64,000 nucleotides of DNA, from positions 124,001 to 188,000 of IMG/VR virus record IMGVR_UViG_3300037294_000266. One strand, written 5' to 3'. Shown one piece after another: positions 29,308-38,777 of this stretch. The notes below the pieces were generated by a model that ran no database searches, had not been told where the DNA came from, and saw only the letters and a program-made list of their open reading frames with translations. Position 1 is the first letter of the stretch, and each line of letters starts with the position of its first letter. A program made the position numbers and the translations under genes.

Positions 29308-31218
29308 TTAGAATCCAGGGCCGTGACCGAAGCCATTGCCCACGCCACCGCGCTGGTTACGCGAACCATCACCCATAGTGCGACGACCAGAGGTCATGCC
29401 ATGAGTCAGATCGCCACCAACGAAACCACGTACCTGGCTGTTACCACGAACGCGACGAGCGCCGAAGTTGTAGTGAGCCTGACGCTGATCGATGTTGATC
29501 TTGCAATCAACGATCGCTGCGGCGATAGCTTCCACGAACTTCGGATCGATGTACGCCAGTTCAACGTAACGAGCGAAGTGAACGCCGGACGCAGTCAGAG
29601 CCTGGGTCAGCTGGTCATACTGCTCGGATACGCGGATCTCAACATCGAGATCAGTACGACCAACGATGTCTTGGTAACGCATGGCCGACTCACCTTCGTC
29701 AGAAGGATTGGTAGCCATCCAGCGCAGCAGGTCCCAGTCGCGCAGGTCGCGCACTTTGCCGTTCTCGTCGATCCAGGTACCGGTCAGGTAACGAGCACCC
29801 GAGGCAACCAGAGGAGTTTCCACGCCCAGTTCGCGAGCACGACGAGTGAAGTTGCCGTTGGTCAGACGATCGCAGTATGCGTACAGACGGCGTACAGCCG
29901 AACCGTCAGCGCTGGTATCGTTAGCGGCATCGGACAGCAGGCTGGTCAGCCAGCTATTGTCGCCACCTTCTTCCAGCTCGATCGCCCATGCCAACTTGTC
30001 GTCAACGAGGGAGAAGAAGTACTGACCCCACTTGTTCACATCCAGGCTCGAACGGCCGTCGAATACCACTGGCGAATTATCTTCGTCAGGGCCGAGGATG
30101 TTCAGCAGACCGGTGTCCTTGAAATCGGTCTCGCCACGGGCAAGATCGTTTGGCAGGAAGGTCTGTGCCCACGCCTGGTCTTTGGTTACAACGGAAGCAG
30201 CACCCAGGGCCAGAAGCAGCAGCTCAGGAGTGATGGCGTTGTTGGCCGAGTCCATGCGGTTGATGATGAAGGTCGGGGTGTAATGAGGCTCACCACGACG
30301 GCCAGCAGGTTTCCAGCGCTCTTCTTGAGCTGGCGGAGTGTAGACCAGTTCAACGTAACCGCCGATCGAAGACAGGCCGATTGGCAGCGACTGCTCGCCT
30401 TTGCGGATGATGCCGGCTACCGAGATCGACAGATCAGAGCGACGCGGCAGGCCATCAGCGGTGTAGCTTTCACGACCGGACATGTCGACGTTGATTTCCA
30501 ACGAAGATTGCTTGCTCAGCCAATCCAGGTTGAAGTAGACGTCGTTGTTGAACGCATCGTTGTTGGTGGAGGTCAGAGCCACCTGGCTGTAGAACACAAC
30601 CGAGCGCACTTCAGTGGATTCAGGATCGTTGAAGTCAACACCCTTATCCACGATACGCCAGCCGGCGCGAACGATTTCGATGCTGCGGCGCGTGGCTTCG
30701 AACTTCTTCTTGACGATATCGTCGATCAAGGCCAGGTAGGACTCGGTCACGTAGTCAGAAGGAACGACTGGCAGCGGGTAGGTGCGGCCGGAGATTTCGA
30801 CGTTGCGAACGGCAACTTCGTCGAGCAGCGATTGGCCGAGGGCCAGGGAGTGGACCAGAACCTTAACACCGTTGTTGGTTTCGATTGGCAGAGCCAGGAT
30901 AACCGACGACAGGGAAACGTTATGTTCAGTGGCTTCCAGACCCATGATCTCGATCTTGCTGAGATCGATGTTCGAAGAACCGGCGACGTTACGCTCTGGA
31001 TCGAACCAGAACTTTACGGCTTTGATAGCAGATACCAGGACTTCGCCGCTGGTACGGCGGGACATCGGAGCGCCCAGGAGGCGGTTGATATCGAGCAGAC
31101 CGGCCTGATAACCTTGGCTTTCGCGAGCAGGGCGTTCAGTGCGGGTTTGAGCTTGTGCTTGATCGCGACGTTCTTGGCCGAGACCGTCGTTGTTGGTGCT
31201 TTCGTCATTGACTGCCAT
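29308..31218 (-). CDS. chmA: Chimallin, phage nuclear shell protein
   Basis: 636 aa upstream of nvRNAP beta'-N. Motifs DGLPRRSD, TPELLLLAL, AWAQTFLP, DTGLL, GTWID..RDLRDWD and KFVEAI match the chimallin sequence I recall. Strongly biased codon usage. Confidence 0.92.
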   Translation of the reverse strand: MAVNDESTNNDGLGQERRDQAQAQTRTERPARESQGYQAGLLDINRLLGAPMSRRTSGEVLVSAIKAVKFWFDPERNVAGSSNIDLSKIEIMGLEATEHNVSLSSVILALPIETNNGVKVLVHSLALGQSLLDEVAVRNVEISGRTYPLPVVPSDYVTESYLALIDDIVKKKFEATRRSIEIVRAGWRIVDKGVDFNDPESTEVRSVVFYSQVALTSTNNDAFNNDVYFNLDWLSKQSSLEINVDMSGRESYTADGLPRRSDLSISVAGIIRKGEQSLPIGLSSIGGYVELVYTPPAQEERWKPAGRRGEPHYTPTFIINRMDSANNAITPELLLLALGAASVVTKDQAWAQTFLPNDLARGETDFKDTGLLNILGPDEDNSPVVFDGRSSLDVNKWGQYFFSLVDDKLAWAIELEEGGDNSWLTSLLSDAANDTSADGSAVRRLYAYCDRLTNGNFTRRARELGVETPLVASGARYLTGTWIDENGKVRDLRDWDLLRWMATNPSDEGESAMRYQDIVGRTDLDVEIRVSEQYDQLTQALTASGVHFARYVELAYIDPKFVEAIAAAIVDCKINIDQRQAHYNFGARRVRGNSQVRGFVGGDLTHGMTSGRRTMGDGSRNQRGGVGNGFGHGPGF

Positions 31219-31294
31219 TTGGACAGACTCCTTGGTATTTAAAAGTGTTACTAGGACCTAGTGAACACGAAGCTGTACTCCGGTATTCAACTTG

Positions 31295-31302
31295 ATAATG
31301 TA
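31295..31302 (-). promoter_or_regulatory. Putative early promoter core TACATTAT for chimallin
   Basis: 77 nt upstream of the chmA start; a 5' UTR hairpin lies at 31245-31268. Confidence 0.7.
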
Positions 31303-31548
31303 TCACCATGAGAAAGTTGAGTGGAATTTGCATTCCAGGTCTCATTATGATTAAGCCCCAGCGTTTTAATTTACAGCTTGCCCACGATGGAAAAGGAAAT
31401 ACCTTCCCGTTGAGACAGGCCATAACCTGCCAGGAATTGTTCTCCTATACAATAGGGGGTAATGTGTTATTTTTTACTAGATGTAAATGCCTTCATTATA
31501 AGGATGGACTGTATCCTTTGAGACTTCTTAGTCATTGGAACCCATCCC

Positions 31549-32655
31549 ATGTATACTCTATTCAATACACCACCTCGACAGCGTCAGACCAACATCGCTA
31601 CTTACGGTCTTGACTATGTTAAGCGTGAGTTGATGAGCACTCAAGTAGAACGCTATCGGCAGTACAGGGCTTTAAACCCAGGCTTCTTAAAGAACGACCA
31701 TATCCTCCCTAGATTACTTGGAATGATCGACATTCCTTTTGACGGAGACCTACCTGACTATTACCTGCGTGTATCTGGCATTGTCAACCGCCTAGCCGGT
31801 CAGATGGGAATGGTAACAGCCGCTCACCATGGCCGTGTTCGGGATAAGAGCTATTTCTACGGTGCGGGCGTCAATGAAATCATCATCGCTGTATCTAACG
31901 ATGACATCACACCTGCCGACATCTGGTTTAACTGGAAGAATCTAAGTCCCATTCGAGTACTATCCCATCCTATCATGGGGTGTGGGGTCATTGAACTCAA
32001 TGGCGCTAACACGTTCAAGGGTATGAAGCCAGGCTCTACAGCTGTCATCGAGATCGACATTCCTTTACTGGCATGTCAGTATCATCTTTGGAGAATGGCA
32101 GTCAGTACAATGGCACCTGAGGGGACGTCATTACCAATGGCGCACTTCCTCACTCAAGTAATCATTCCTAACATGTTAGGTAGTCATCTTGACATTGCTG
32201 TCATGAACACCATTCATTTCCTTATCGGATCTGACGATTACTTGAAAGTTGACAGCGACATGCCGTTCTACACGGCCGACTATTATCCTAAATTGGAAGC
32301 CGGTCTGAAAGAACTGGTTGGGCGATTCAGTCGTGAGACCTACGTCTATAAAGAAATCCTTGAGAACATTCCGGTGTTTAACAAGGATACACTGATGCAG
32401 GTCATCACCATGCCTGACATTGCCTTTACCAACCAAGCGATCTGGGCGTTGACCATTGCGCGTTTGCCGGTGATTGCAATGCTACTTAAGTTTGACAGAC
32501 TGAGCAACAACCGTAAGAACGATTCTGATAAGAACCGTATCCGACGGAGTCTGTTAGAAGCTGAAAGTGGCAAGTACCTTGTCAACCAGATACCTTCTAA
32601 CGTGTCTGCTTCGATCATGGCGTATATTGACACCAACATCAGACCGTACTTGTAA
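31549..32655 (+). CDS. Conserved phiKZ-like core protein (gp52 position)
   Basis: 368 aa, divergent from chmA as in related phages. Confidence 0.75.
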   Translation: MYTLFNTPPRQRQTNIATYGLDYVKRELMSTQVERYRQYRALNPGFLKNDHILPRLLGMIDIPFDGDLPDYYLRVSGIVNRLAGQMGMVTAAHHGRVRDKSYFYGAGVNEIIIAVSNDDITPADIWFNWKNLSPIRVLSHPIMGCGVIELNGANTFKGMKPGSTAVIEIDIPLLACQYHLWRMAVSTMAPEGTSLPMAHFLTQVIIPNMLGSHLDIAVMNTIHFLIGSDDYLKVDSDMPFYTADYYPKLEAGLKELVGRFSRETYVYKEILENIPVFNKDTLMQVITMPDIAFTNQAIWALTIARLPVIAMLLKFDRLSNNRKNDSDKNRIRRSLLEAESGKYLVNQIPSNVSASIMAYIDTNIRPYL

Positions 32656-32657
32656 GT

Positions 32658-32695
32658 CGACATAGAGAGGAGCCGTGAGGCTCCTCTCTATGTCG
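32658..32695. terminator. Bidirectional terminator
   Basis: 17-bp perfect stem with GTGA loop between convergent genes. Confidence 0.85.
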
Positions 32696-32699
32696 GCAG

Positions 32700-33011
32700 T
32701 CAATAACAGCCAGGTGGTAGATTGACCTCGTACGTGGCTTCTGCTTGGCGCTCCAGCGTCATCTGACCGTTAGGATCGATGTCTGCCAATTGCTTCGACA
32801 GCGCTTGGTACAGCTCCTTCAGAGTACACTCAGCAGGGAGTGAGAACTCATGAAGAACATCTCGGTAATGAACCTTGAGAGGCACTGTCATGAAGCGCCT
32901 GTTATCAAGCACAGCGGTTATGCTACCATCAGAACACACTAAACCTGTGGAGTCTAAGATTCCAACTGAATTTATAATGCTCAATGGCAATTTTCCATCT
33001 TCCTCAGACAT
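32700..33011 (-). CDS. Hypothetical protein
   Basis: 103 aa, AAGGAGG RBS. Confidence 0.7.
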   Translation of the reverse strand: MSEEDGKLPLSIINSVGILDSTGLVCSDGSITAVLDNRRFMTVPLKVHYRDVLHEFSLPAECTLKELYQALSKQLADIDPNGQMTLERQAEATYEVNLPPGCY

Positions 33012-33021
33012 GACGGCCTCC

Positions 33022-35307
33022 TTAATCCCAGTTAGCTTCTTCGCTGTCTTCGTCGATCATGTCATCGATTTCTTCATCGACTTGAATGAGCGAGTTAAAG
33101 TCCATAGCACCTGGTTGCAGATTCAGTTCACCTGGTGGCTCGTAGATATCACTTACCAACCGAACATACTTACTGTCAACTTGGAAGATACCTAGTGATT
33201 CAAGAATCATGTAAAACGATTCAAGGATCTCATAGGTCAGACGGCGAATGTTAATCATCGGCATTACTTCTTTAGGCATACCGATGCCTGACAGGATGGA
33301 CAGTGGAAGATATAGCGTCTTGATCATATCTCGACCAGACTTCTCCATGTAGTCCTTAAGGCGTTCTGCAAACTCAGGGTTCACCTTGGCCGATTCTGTC
33401 AGCCACATCTGCATGTCGGTCTTGTTATTGATCGACAGCGGCACCTTAATTACACTGAATGGCGGCGATTCCACATGGCCGTACGTCGGAGCAAAGACAG
33501 TCTCCCAGAAGTGATAATGACGATAGTTCGTCTTCTCACGATAAGGATCCTCTTTATTCATGTTCGGGTAGGCTTCCTGAATCTGTGCAGACTTCAGGTA
33601 TTTATGCTCACCTTTGGCAATCGACGTATAGATGTCTTGTTCGTGAATCCATGCCTTACGGTACAGTTCTTCAAGAGAGAACTGTTCATTACGGTCAGCA
33701 CGGTACATGACTTCTTTCATCATGGCCTTGGCCGACTTAATGATCGCCACAGGAACTGTAGACGACCGTAGAGCCACGCCTTTGATTTCCATGTCGTATT
33801 CACTGAACACGTTGCCTTCACGGCAGCTCATGAAAGCAAAGTAGTGTTTTGCACGACTGGTAAGCGTGAATACCGGAAACGCATATTCATTCTTCATGGT
33901 CAGGCGGTGTAGGTCTTCTTGAATCACACCCATGTTAGCTGACAGTTTAGCCAGCACGTGGATGATACATTGACAAGCGATATAAGTAGTGGTGTACCAG
34001 ATACCATCGCCTTCACGAGTCCGGTTCTGGTCGTGAGTGTACCACTCGACCCAGTCCTGCGTGGTAAAGATCGTAGAGTCGGTGTCAGACGCCAACACCA
34101 CACGGCGCAGTATGCCCTTGATATTCGCCACAGACGGACACAACTGACTAGGTGTCAGGAATGTACGGATGAACTCAAAGTGTTCCTGCATGACGCTCTG
34201 GATACGTACAGCAGTACGAGCGATCTTTACAAGGACATCGGTTTGACCTTTCTCAAGCATGGACTCGAAGTTCTCACCGCGAGCAATGTCTGCGTTTAGA
34301 TAGGTTGCCAAGATCTTGGTGTCTTCGTCAACCGCCTTCCCTTTAAGGAACGCAAACGGATCGTCGAACTGAGTGTCGTCAGTCGAAGGGTCGTACTTAA
34401 CGACCTTGTCCATAAACCCACGTACATACGCATCATTAAAACGAGCAATGTGGTAGAGATCGCCGGTATACACGACAATCGCTCGTTCCAACGGGGTCAT
34501 GTTTGTAATGAACTCAATGATCTGGGAGAACTTGGCTTCGTTTCTCCAGTACAGATCAGTAGACCGACGGATGCACTCGGTGGTCTGCTCAACAGTTGGA
34601 TAAACAAGGTTGCAGGATTCCATTGCATTCTCAAATGCAACGTGACACTGTCCTGTTACCAAAGCGGACATGTTCGCCACAGTGATCGTCGGTGAAGCAT
34701 AATGACGACTGCCTGCCAAAAGACGTTCGTTACTCGCATTACCATAGCCAGTAGCAGAACGGCACATTGAGGTCAGGCTGGAGTGACCTGATTTAACGAA
34801 TAGAATATTACCGGCAAAACCGTGCATGCCTGACAGCGAGTTGATCGCAATCTTCTTAGCATTCTGTTCAGCATCCTTGATCTTCTCAAGGACCTCATCG
34901 CCAGCAACCTTAGCAAAGAACATTTCATTCTTAGCTTTCTTACGGCCTGCAATGCCCGATTCCACAAACTTAGCGGACGGTGACTTCAACACCTTGGGGT
35001 TTTCGTAGCAGACCATGGAAGGCGACAGGATGCGGTTTGTATCTGTAACCGTACCAATATAATCCAGTAGGGACATCTCGTCACGTACGCGATTACCGGG
35101 GCTGTCCTGACGCAGTATGAACATGTTAGGGTCGGTAAGTGGGAACGCGCCAGTGCGAGACAGAGTCTTATTAAGGTACGCTCGTACGTTTTGCTCAGTC
35201 TGGGCTGTCATGCGCCGAAGGAAGTAGGCATTTTGCTCGTAGTAACCCTGCACTAGGTTAAGGTCACGAACATATTGGTCTTTAGGAAGTACGAATGGAT
35301 TTTCCAT
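33022..35307 (-). CDS. Family B DNA polymerase, catalytic (palm/fingers/thumb) part of a split enzyme (phiKZ gp50-like)
   Basis: KKIAINSLSG (motif B), SDTDS (motif C), KHYF, IKGVALRSS; no N-terminal exonuclease motifs seen. Confidence 0.9.
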   Translation of the reverse strand: MENPFVLPKDQYVRDLNLVQGYYEQNAYFLRRMTAQTEQNVRAYLNKTLSRTGAFPLTDPNMFILRQDSPGNRVRDEMSLLDYIGTVTDTNRILSPSMVCYENPKVLKSPSAKFVESGIAGRKKAKNEMFFAKVAGDEVLEKIKDAEQNAKKIAINSLSGMHGFAGNILFVKSGHSSLTSMCRSATGYGNASNERLLAGSRHYASPTITVANMSALVTGQCHVAFENAMESCNLVYPTVEQTTECIRRSTDLYWRNEAKFSQIIEFITNMTPLERAIVVYTGDLYHIARFNDAYVRGFMDKVVKYDPSTDDTQFDDPFAFLKGKAVDEDTKILATYLNADIARGENFESMLEKGQTDVLVKIARTAVRIQSVMQEHFEFIRTFLTPSQLCPSVANIKGILRRVVLASDTDSTIFTTQDWVEWYTHDQNRTREGDGIWYTTTYIACQCIIHVLAKLSANMGVIQEDLHRLTMKNEYAFPVFTLTSRAKHYFAFMSCREGNVFSEYDMEIKGVALRSSTVPVAIIKSAKAMMKEVMYRADRNEQFSLEELYRKAWIHEQDIYTSIAKGEHKYLKSAQIQEAYPNMNKEDPYREKTNYRHYHFWETVFAPTYGHVESPPFSVIKVPLSINNKTDMQMWLTESAKVNPEFAERLKDYMEKSGRDMIKTLYLPLSILSGIGMPKEVMPMINIRRLTYEILESFYMILESLGIFQVDSKYVRLVSDIYEPPGELNLQPGAMDFNSLIQVDEEIDDMIDEDSEEANWD

Positions 35308-35328
35308 CAGAGAGACCTTTTATAACGA

Positions 35329-35368
35329 CAAAAGAAAAAAGAAGTGGGAGCTCATAGTAGAGCTCCCA
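35329..35368 (-). terminator. Rho-independent terminator
   Basis: TGGGAGCTC stem plus a long T tract on the minus strand. Confidence 0.7.
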
Positions 35369-35383
35369 TTCGTTTTTATTGAA

Positions 35384-35890
35384 TCAATCATCGTAACAAC
35401 GGACGAACGTATAGATCATTGTGTCGTCTTCTCTGATCGGTGTGACCGATTCCAACATGATCCCGTCGTCGTGTCTCATGATCTGGGCCAGGTAAGCAAT
35501 TGCTGCCGGATGGTTACCATTGCAATGTATCTCGATAAGTTCTTCAAGAATATCTGAAGCGACTGCATCTGAGAACTCTGCGTAGATTTCATCCTGAATG
35601 AATTCTGTCTGACTAGTATCGCCGTACGACTCTTGAACCATCGTCGACACGATCGTAGTTAGATCGCAGATAGAAAACATTCTTGCTTGGGAGACATCGT
35701 CCAGGCCATGCTGCGTGACTATCTTATCAAGACGGTCTAACAGGTCACCAAAAGACACCATAAGAGCGTCGTCAAATGGGAGAAGGACATGATTGCTTTC
35801 TCCTCCCACAAAGCGCTGAGGTACCAGACTGCCCTTAGCTCGGTACTTCGGTCGATCCAATAGTTTCGATAATGAAGTTCGAGATCCCAT
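35384..35890 (-). CDS. Small alpha/beta array protein (start uncertain)
   Basis: Core from HVLLPFDD to DDTMIYTFV fits the array pattern; the true start may be nearer 35800. Confidence 0.6.
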   Translation of the reverse strand: MGSRTSLSKLLDRPKYRAKGSLVPQRFVGGESNHVLLPFDDALMVSFGDLLDRLDKIVTQHGLDDVSQARMFSICDLTTIVSTMVQESYGDTSQTEFIQDEIYAEFSDAVASDILEELIEIHCNGNHPAAIAYLAQIMRHDDGIMLESVTPIREDDTMIYTFVRCYDD

Positions 35891-36251
35891 TTTGAAGGAG
35901 CGCCTGTCTGACAAGCTGTTCAGTAGATTCACTGACATCGCTAACGGTTACAAAGAGCCGACGGCTGGTGATGACTTCGATAGACTCGTCGTCAATCCAA
36001 GGCACCCCAAGGATTTCTGTCTCACCATTGCCGTAACGGATTTTAACGTAACTGTACGCCCCAGCCGACTGCGGCAGTGACTGGATGTAGTTACGCACTT
36101 GGACGTGCTTGGAGCGAACGTCTGCTAAAACAGCCGCTGTTTCCAAGTCTAGGATGGCCACCACGGTCGCGTTCTCACGACCAGCCCCCAGAACACCAGG
36201 AGCCAGTGTGTTGAAACGCACGGTGCTGCCGTTGTAATCCGCAATACTCAT
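35835..36251 (-). CDS. Conserved phiKZ-like beta-rich (SH3-like) core protein
   Basis: 138 aa, GAGGA RBS, YSYVKIR...ILGVPWI motif, gp49 position upstream of the DNA polymerase. Confidence 0.7.
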   Translation of the reverse strand: MSIADYNGSTVRFNTLAPGVLGAGRENATVVAILDLETAAVLADVRSKHVQVRNYIQSLPQSAGAYSYVKIRYGNGETEILGVPWIDDESIEVITSRRLFVTVSDVSESTEQLVRQALLQNGISNFIIETIGSTEVPS

Positions 36252-36254
36252 GTC

Positions 36255-36554
36255 TTAATGTTCCTCGAAGATTAGGATGTAAGTGCCTTCGGTATCGATA
36301 ACTTCAATGTCGATCCAGCGCTTTTCTTGGACATTGGATAGAAATCGATCAGTCCTCAGCAAAACGAGCCAATCGTTATCGTAGTACTGGTCATTGTTAA
36401 GAACGTGGTAGAACGCATGCATGATCATATCACGCAGGTGTCTTCTCATCATTCGTGGCAAGTCAGTCTCTTCGAAAGGAACGTCGGGATCGAAAGCAAA
36501 GTAGACCTCAGGCAACAGTTCAGCAATCACTTGTGAAGTATTGATGACGATCAT
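36255..36554 (-). CDS. Small alpha/beta array protein
   Basis: 99 aa, GAGGA RBS; MIVINTS...EGTYILIF. Confidence 0.75.
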   Translation of the reverse strand: MIVINTSQVIAELLPEVYFAFDPDVPFEETDLPRMMRRHLRDMIMHAFYHVLNNDQYYDNDWLVLLRTDRFLSNVQEKRWIDIEVIDTEGTYILIFEEH

Positions 36555-36563
36555 GGGTTCCTC

Positions 36564-36926
36564 TTAACGCACCAAAACCATGATGTGGCCATCATCTGGA
36601 TTGCAGGCAGCATGTACTACGCCGCGCCTGTCTAGATGAGGTGTCATTTGATCAAGTGTGCAGTAAAGGTTTATCATAGCATTTCTCAATGCCACTTGGT
36701 TGTCCTCAGCTTCGTCTTGCTCTTCTTGGGCCGAGGTCGGATAGATCGGGTACATACGTTGGACATAGCTATCTACGAAAACTTCTCCACGGCGACACCA
36801 GTCAGCGTACATCATGAAGAGCTCGTCTACATGATAGTGGTGATCCATGACGCGACTGAGGTCATCCACGAACTGTTTGTACGCAACGACACCGTCCAGA
36901 AGGATGGTGGTTTCATTCATTGGCAA
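36564..36926 (-). CDS. Small alpha/beta array protein
   Basis: About 120 aa; TILLDG...DDGHIMVLV; start may be 36920. Confidence 0.75.
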   Translation of the reverse strand: MPMNETTILLDGVVAYKQFVDDLSRVMDHHYHVDELFMMYADWCRRGEVFVDSYVQRMYPIYPTSAQEEQDEAEDNQVALRNAMINLYCTLDQMTPHLDRRGVVHAACNPDDGHIMVLVR

Positions 36927-37245
36927 TTCTCACAACGATCGAGCCATCGACAGGGTCGAACACCAGTAAGTCCGTGATCAATTGATCTTCCGTGGAATAA
37001 ATACTGAGTTGTCTGGCGATGCCCGTGAATATAGGTACGACCGATTCGAATGCTTCTTCAACCTGCATCATTAGTCGGTCGCGTGACACACCTATATTAC
37101 TCTCTTGCTGTGTCCAGTACGAAAGTACCGCACCGTATTCGTAAGAAAGTCTATTCCACACGACTCCTCTCAAGACGTACGATATTACTGCCCTTAATAA
37201 GACGGGGGGTGTTTCTAACAGCGGCTTTGGGTCGAGCGAAAGCAT
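36913..37245 (-). CDS. Small alpha/beta array protein
   Basis: Probable start MLSLDPK; ends DGSIVVRI; overlaps the upstream gene by about 95 nt. Confidence 0.6.
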   Translation of the reverse strand: MLSLDPKPLLETPPVLLRAVISYVLRGVVWNRLSYEYGAVLSYWTQQESNIGVSRDRLMMQVEEAFESVVPIFTGIARQLSIYSTEDQLITDLLVFDPVDGSIVVRIANE

Positions 37246-37606
37246 CAGTGTTAGCGGGAGTAATCCGTTTCGATCTTGGTTCTTTAGGGGCAACCTCAAT
37301 GATGGCGGAATTATCAAGCTCATCGACCTTAATGAGTCTGAACTCTCCGATCTGTTCAGCGATACCGCTGGTTTCTTGATTGAGCTGTTCGATAAGGCCT
37401 CCCATGAGGCCAGTGATGGTCTGCGCCTCAGCATCAGGAAATCTCCCGTTAATCAATGGACTCTGTACAAACCGATCAAACTGATGTGCCACGGCCGCCT
37501 CGGCCAGATAAGCAAAAAGTTCTTCTAAGTTCATCCCCGTAGCTGCTAGTACGATTGCCACGTTCGAGAGGAACGTTCCACTCGCTTCCATATTTACTAT
37601 CACCAT
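37151..37606 (-). CDS. Small alpha/beta array protein (alternative starts 37726, 37591)
   Basis: MVIVNMEA...DNSAIIEV plus a basic tail. Confidence 0.65.
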   Translation of the reverse strand: MVIVNMEASGTFLSNVAIVLAATGMNLEELFAYLAEAAVAHQFDRFVQSPLINGRFPDAEAQTITGLMGGLIEQLNQETSGIAEQIGEFRLIKVDELDNSAIIEVAPKEPRSKRITPANTDAFARPKAAVRNTPRLIKGSNIVRLERSRVE

Positions 37607-37985
37607 CGTCCCTGGACGCTCCGATAAAGACGCTGTCGTCTGACCTGAAGTACGTGACAATAAGGAGCCTGTAGTGGCGTTGCCTAATATAGTCCGAACG
37701 TGATGTCGGTCCATTACTTGTTTCATAAAGCGTCCTCAGATCCTCGATCATCTGGTAATAGTTGGAGTAGAAGTCTTCCAACCACCACATTAATTCATCA
37801 GTAAGTTCTGGATAATTCTCCGAGAGATCTTCCAAGAAGTACGATTCGTCAAATACAAAGTATGCCAACGCGGCATAAAGAAGGGCGGAGGCGCCAATAC
37901 GATCAGCCAGTCCGTCGCCGAGCATATTGAACGCCGTCTCATAGACAAGATTCAAAGTTATTGAGAGTGTCGAATCGGATGACAC
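37476..37985 (-). CDS. Small alpha/beta array protein
   Basis: GTG start with GGAGG RBS; SITLNL...RLLIVTY; the tail overlaps the next gene. Confidence 0.65.
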   Translation of the reverse strand: MSSDSTLSITLNLVYETAFNMLGDGLADRIGASALLYAALAYFVFDESYFLEDLSENYPELTDELMWWLEDFYSNYYQMIEDLRTLYETSNGPTSRSDYIRQRHYRLLIVTYFRSDDSVFIGASRDDGDSKYGSEWNVPLERGNRTSSYGDELRRTFCLSGRGGRGTSV

Positions 37986-38283
37986 GACGTACCTCCACTA
38001 GCAGTGTGCCATCTACGTATTCAGACGCAAGGCATGAAAATCCAGGATATGCCAACAGTCTGCCAAACCCTTTTGATAATTCGGTATTGATGCGTTCAAT
38101 GTCAGGAGACTCATTGTCTCTGAAACGCCGTCCTGCGCGAGTAAACCTAACGTCAATACCATTGATGCCACAATTCACCATGTCTACCAATGACAACACA
38201 ATCCCGAAGCCTGTTAACCCTCGATGAAGTTCTTCGAACTGATCGTGTTCCATTGGAGAGATGATTATAGCGTATCTTACCAT
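37939..38283 (-). CDS. Small alpha/beta array protein
   Basis: Probable start MVRYAIII; ends DGTLLVEV. Confidence 0.65.
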   Translation of the reverse strand: MVRYAIIISPMEHDQFEELHRGLTGFGIVLSLVDMVNCGINGIDVRFTRAGRRFRDNESPDIERINTELSKGFGRLLAYPGFSCLASEYVDGTLLVEVRRVIRFDTLNNFESCL

Positions 38284-38326
38284 GTTTTCAGATACAGGCA
38301 CCGTCACTCGGGTAACTGTGTACTGA

Positions 38327-38767
38327 CTACATGCTAGAGCTAACTTCGTCGAATGCACGGCGTAGTCGCTCTGGATAGTAATCTCCTTGCTCAATCGCAT
38401 GGTGATATACCTCCATCAACACCTCAGCTGGATTCTGGGGTGGTCTGATCGTCTGTTTCACCACAACGGTGTTTTCAGCTGGCCAGTGTTCCAGAGTAAC
38501 AAGATGCTGAACAGGATCTGCATTCGATTCGATTAACCGAATGAACAGACGGGCGAATAACTCGGCGGTATCGTACTCATCAAACGTGTAATGAGGAGAA
38601 CCTATGATAGCATCGACAATGCCATCAGAGCCGGAGTGGTTATAGTGATCAACCATTCTTCCGACCATTGCTGCAGGGATATTGACGAAGCAGGAACCTA
38701 ACACTTCCGCAATGGAGGTTTCGATAACCTCCTCCAGACTGAGCACTGACACCAGTAATGGTACCAT
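38327..38767 (-). CDS. Small alpha/beta array protein
   Basis: Start MVPLLVSV with AAGGA RBS; ENTVVVK followed by a helical tail. Confidence 0.7.
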   Translation of the reverse strand: MVPLLVSVLSLEEVIETSIAEVLGSCFVNIPAAMVGRMVDHYNHSGSDGIVDAIIGSPHYTFDEYDTAELFARLFIRLIESNADPVQHLVTLEHWPAENTVVVKQTIRPPQNPAEVLMEVYHHAIEQGDYYPERLRRAFDEVSSSM

Positions 38768-38777
38768 GACACATTCC

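Noticed and set aside
29323-31242. 639-aa antisense ORF spanning the whole chimallin gene
   Set aside because: It is in register with the sense codons. Highly expressed genes avoid TTA/CTA/TCA, which removes antisense stops. The product is not protein-like and has no RBS.
12745-35307. Group I introns or homing endonucleases in RNAP and DNA polymerase genes, as in some relatives
   Set aside because: All these ORFs are continuous with expected sizes and motifs; no HNH or GIY-YIG ORF was seen.
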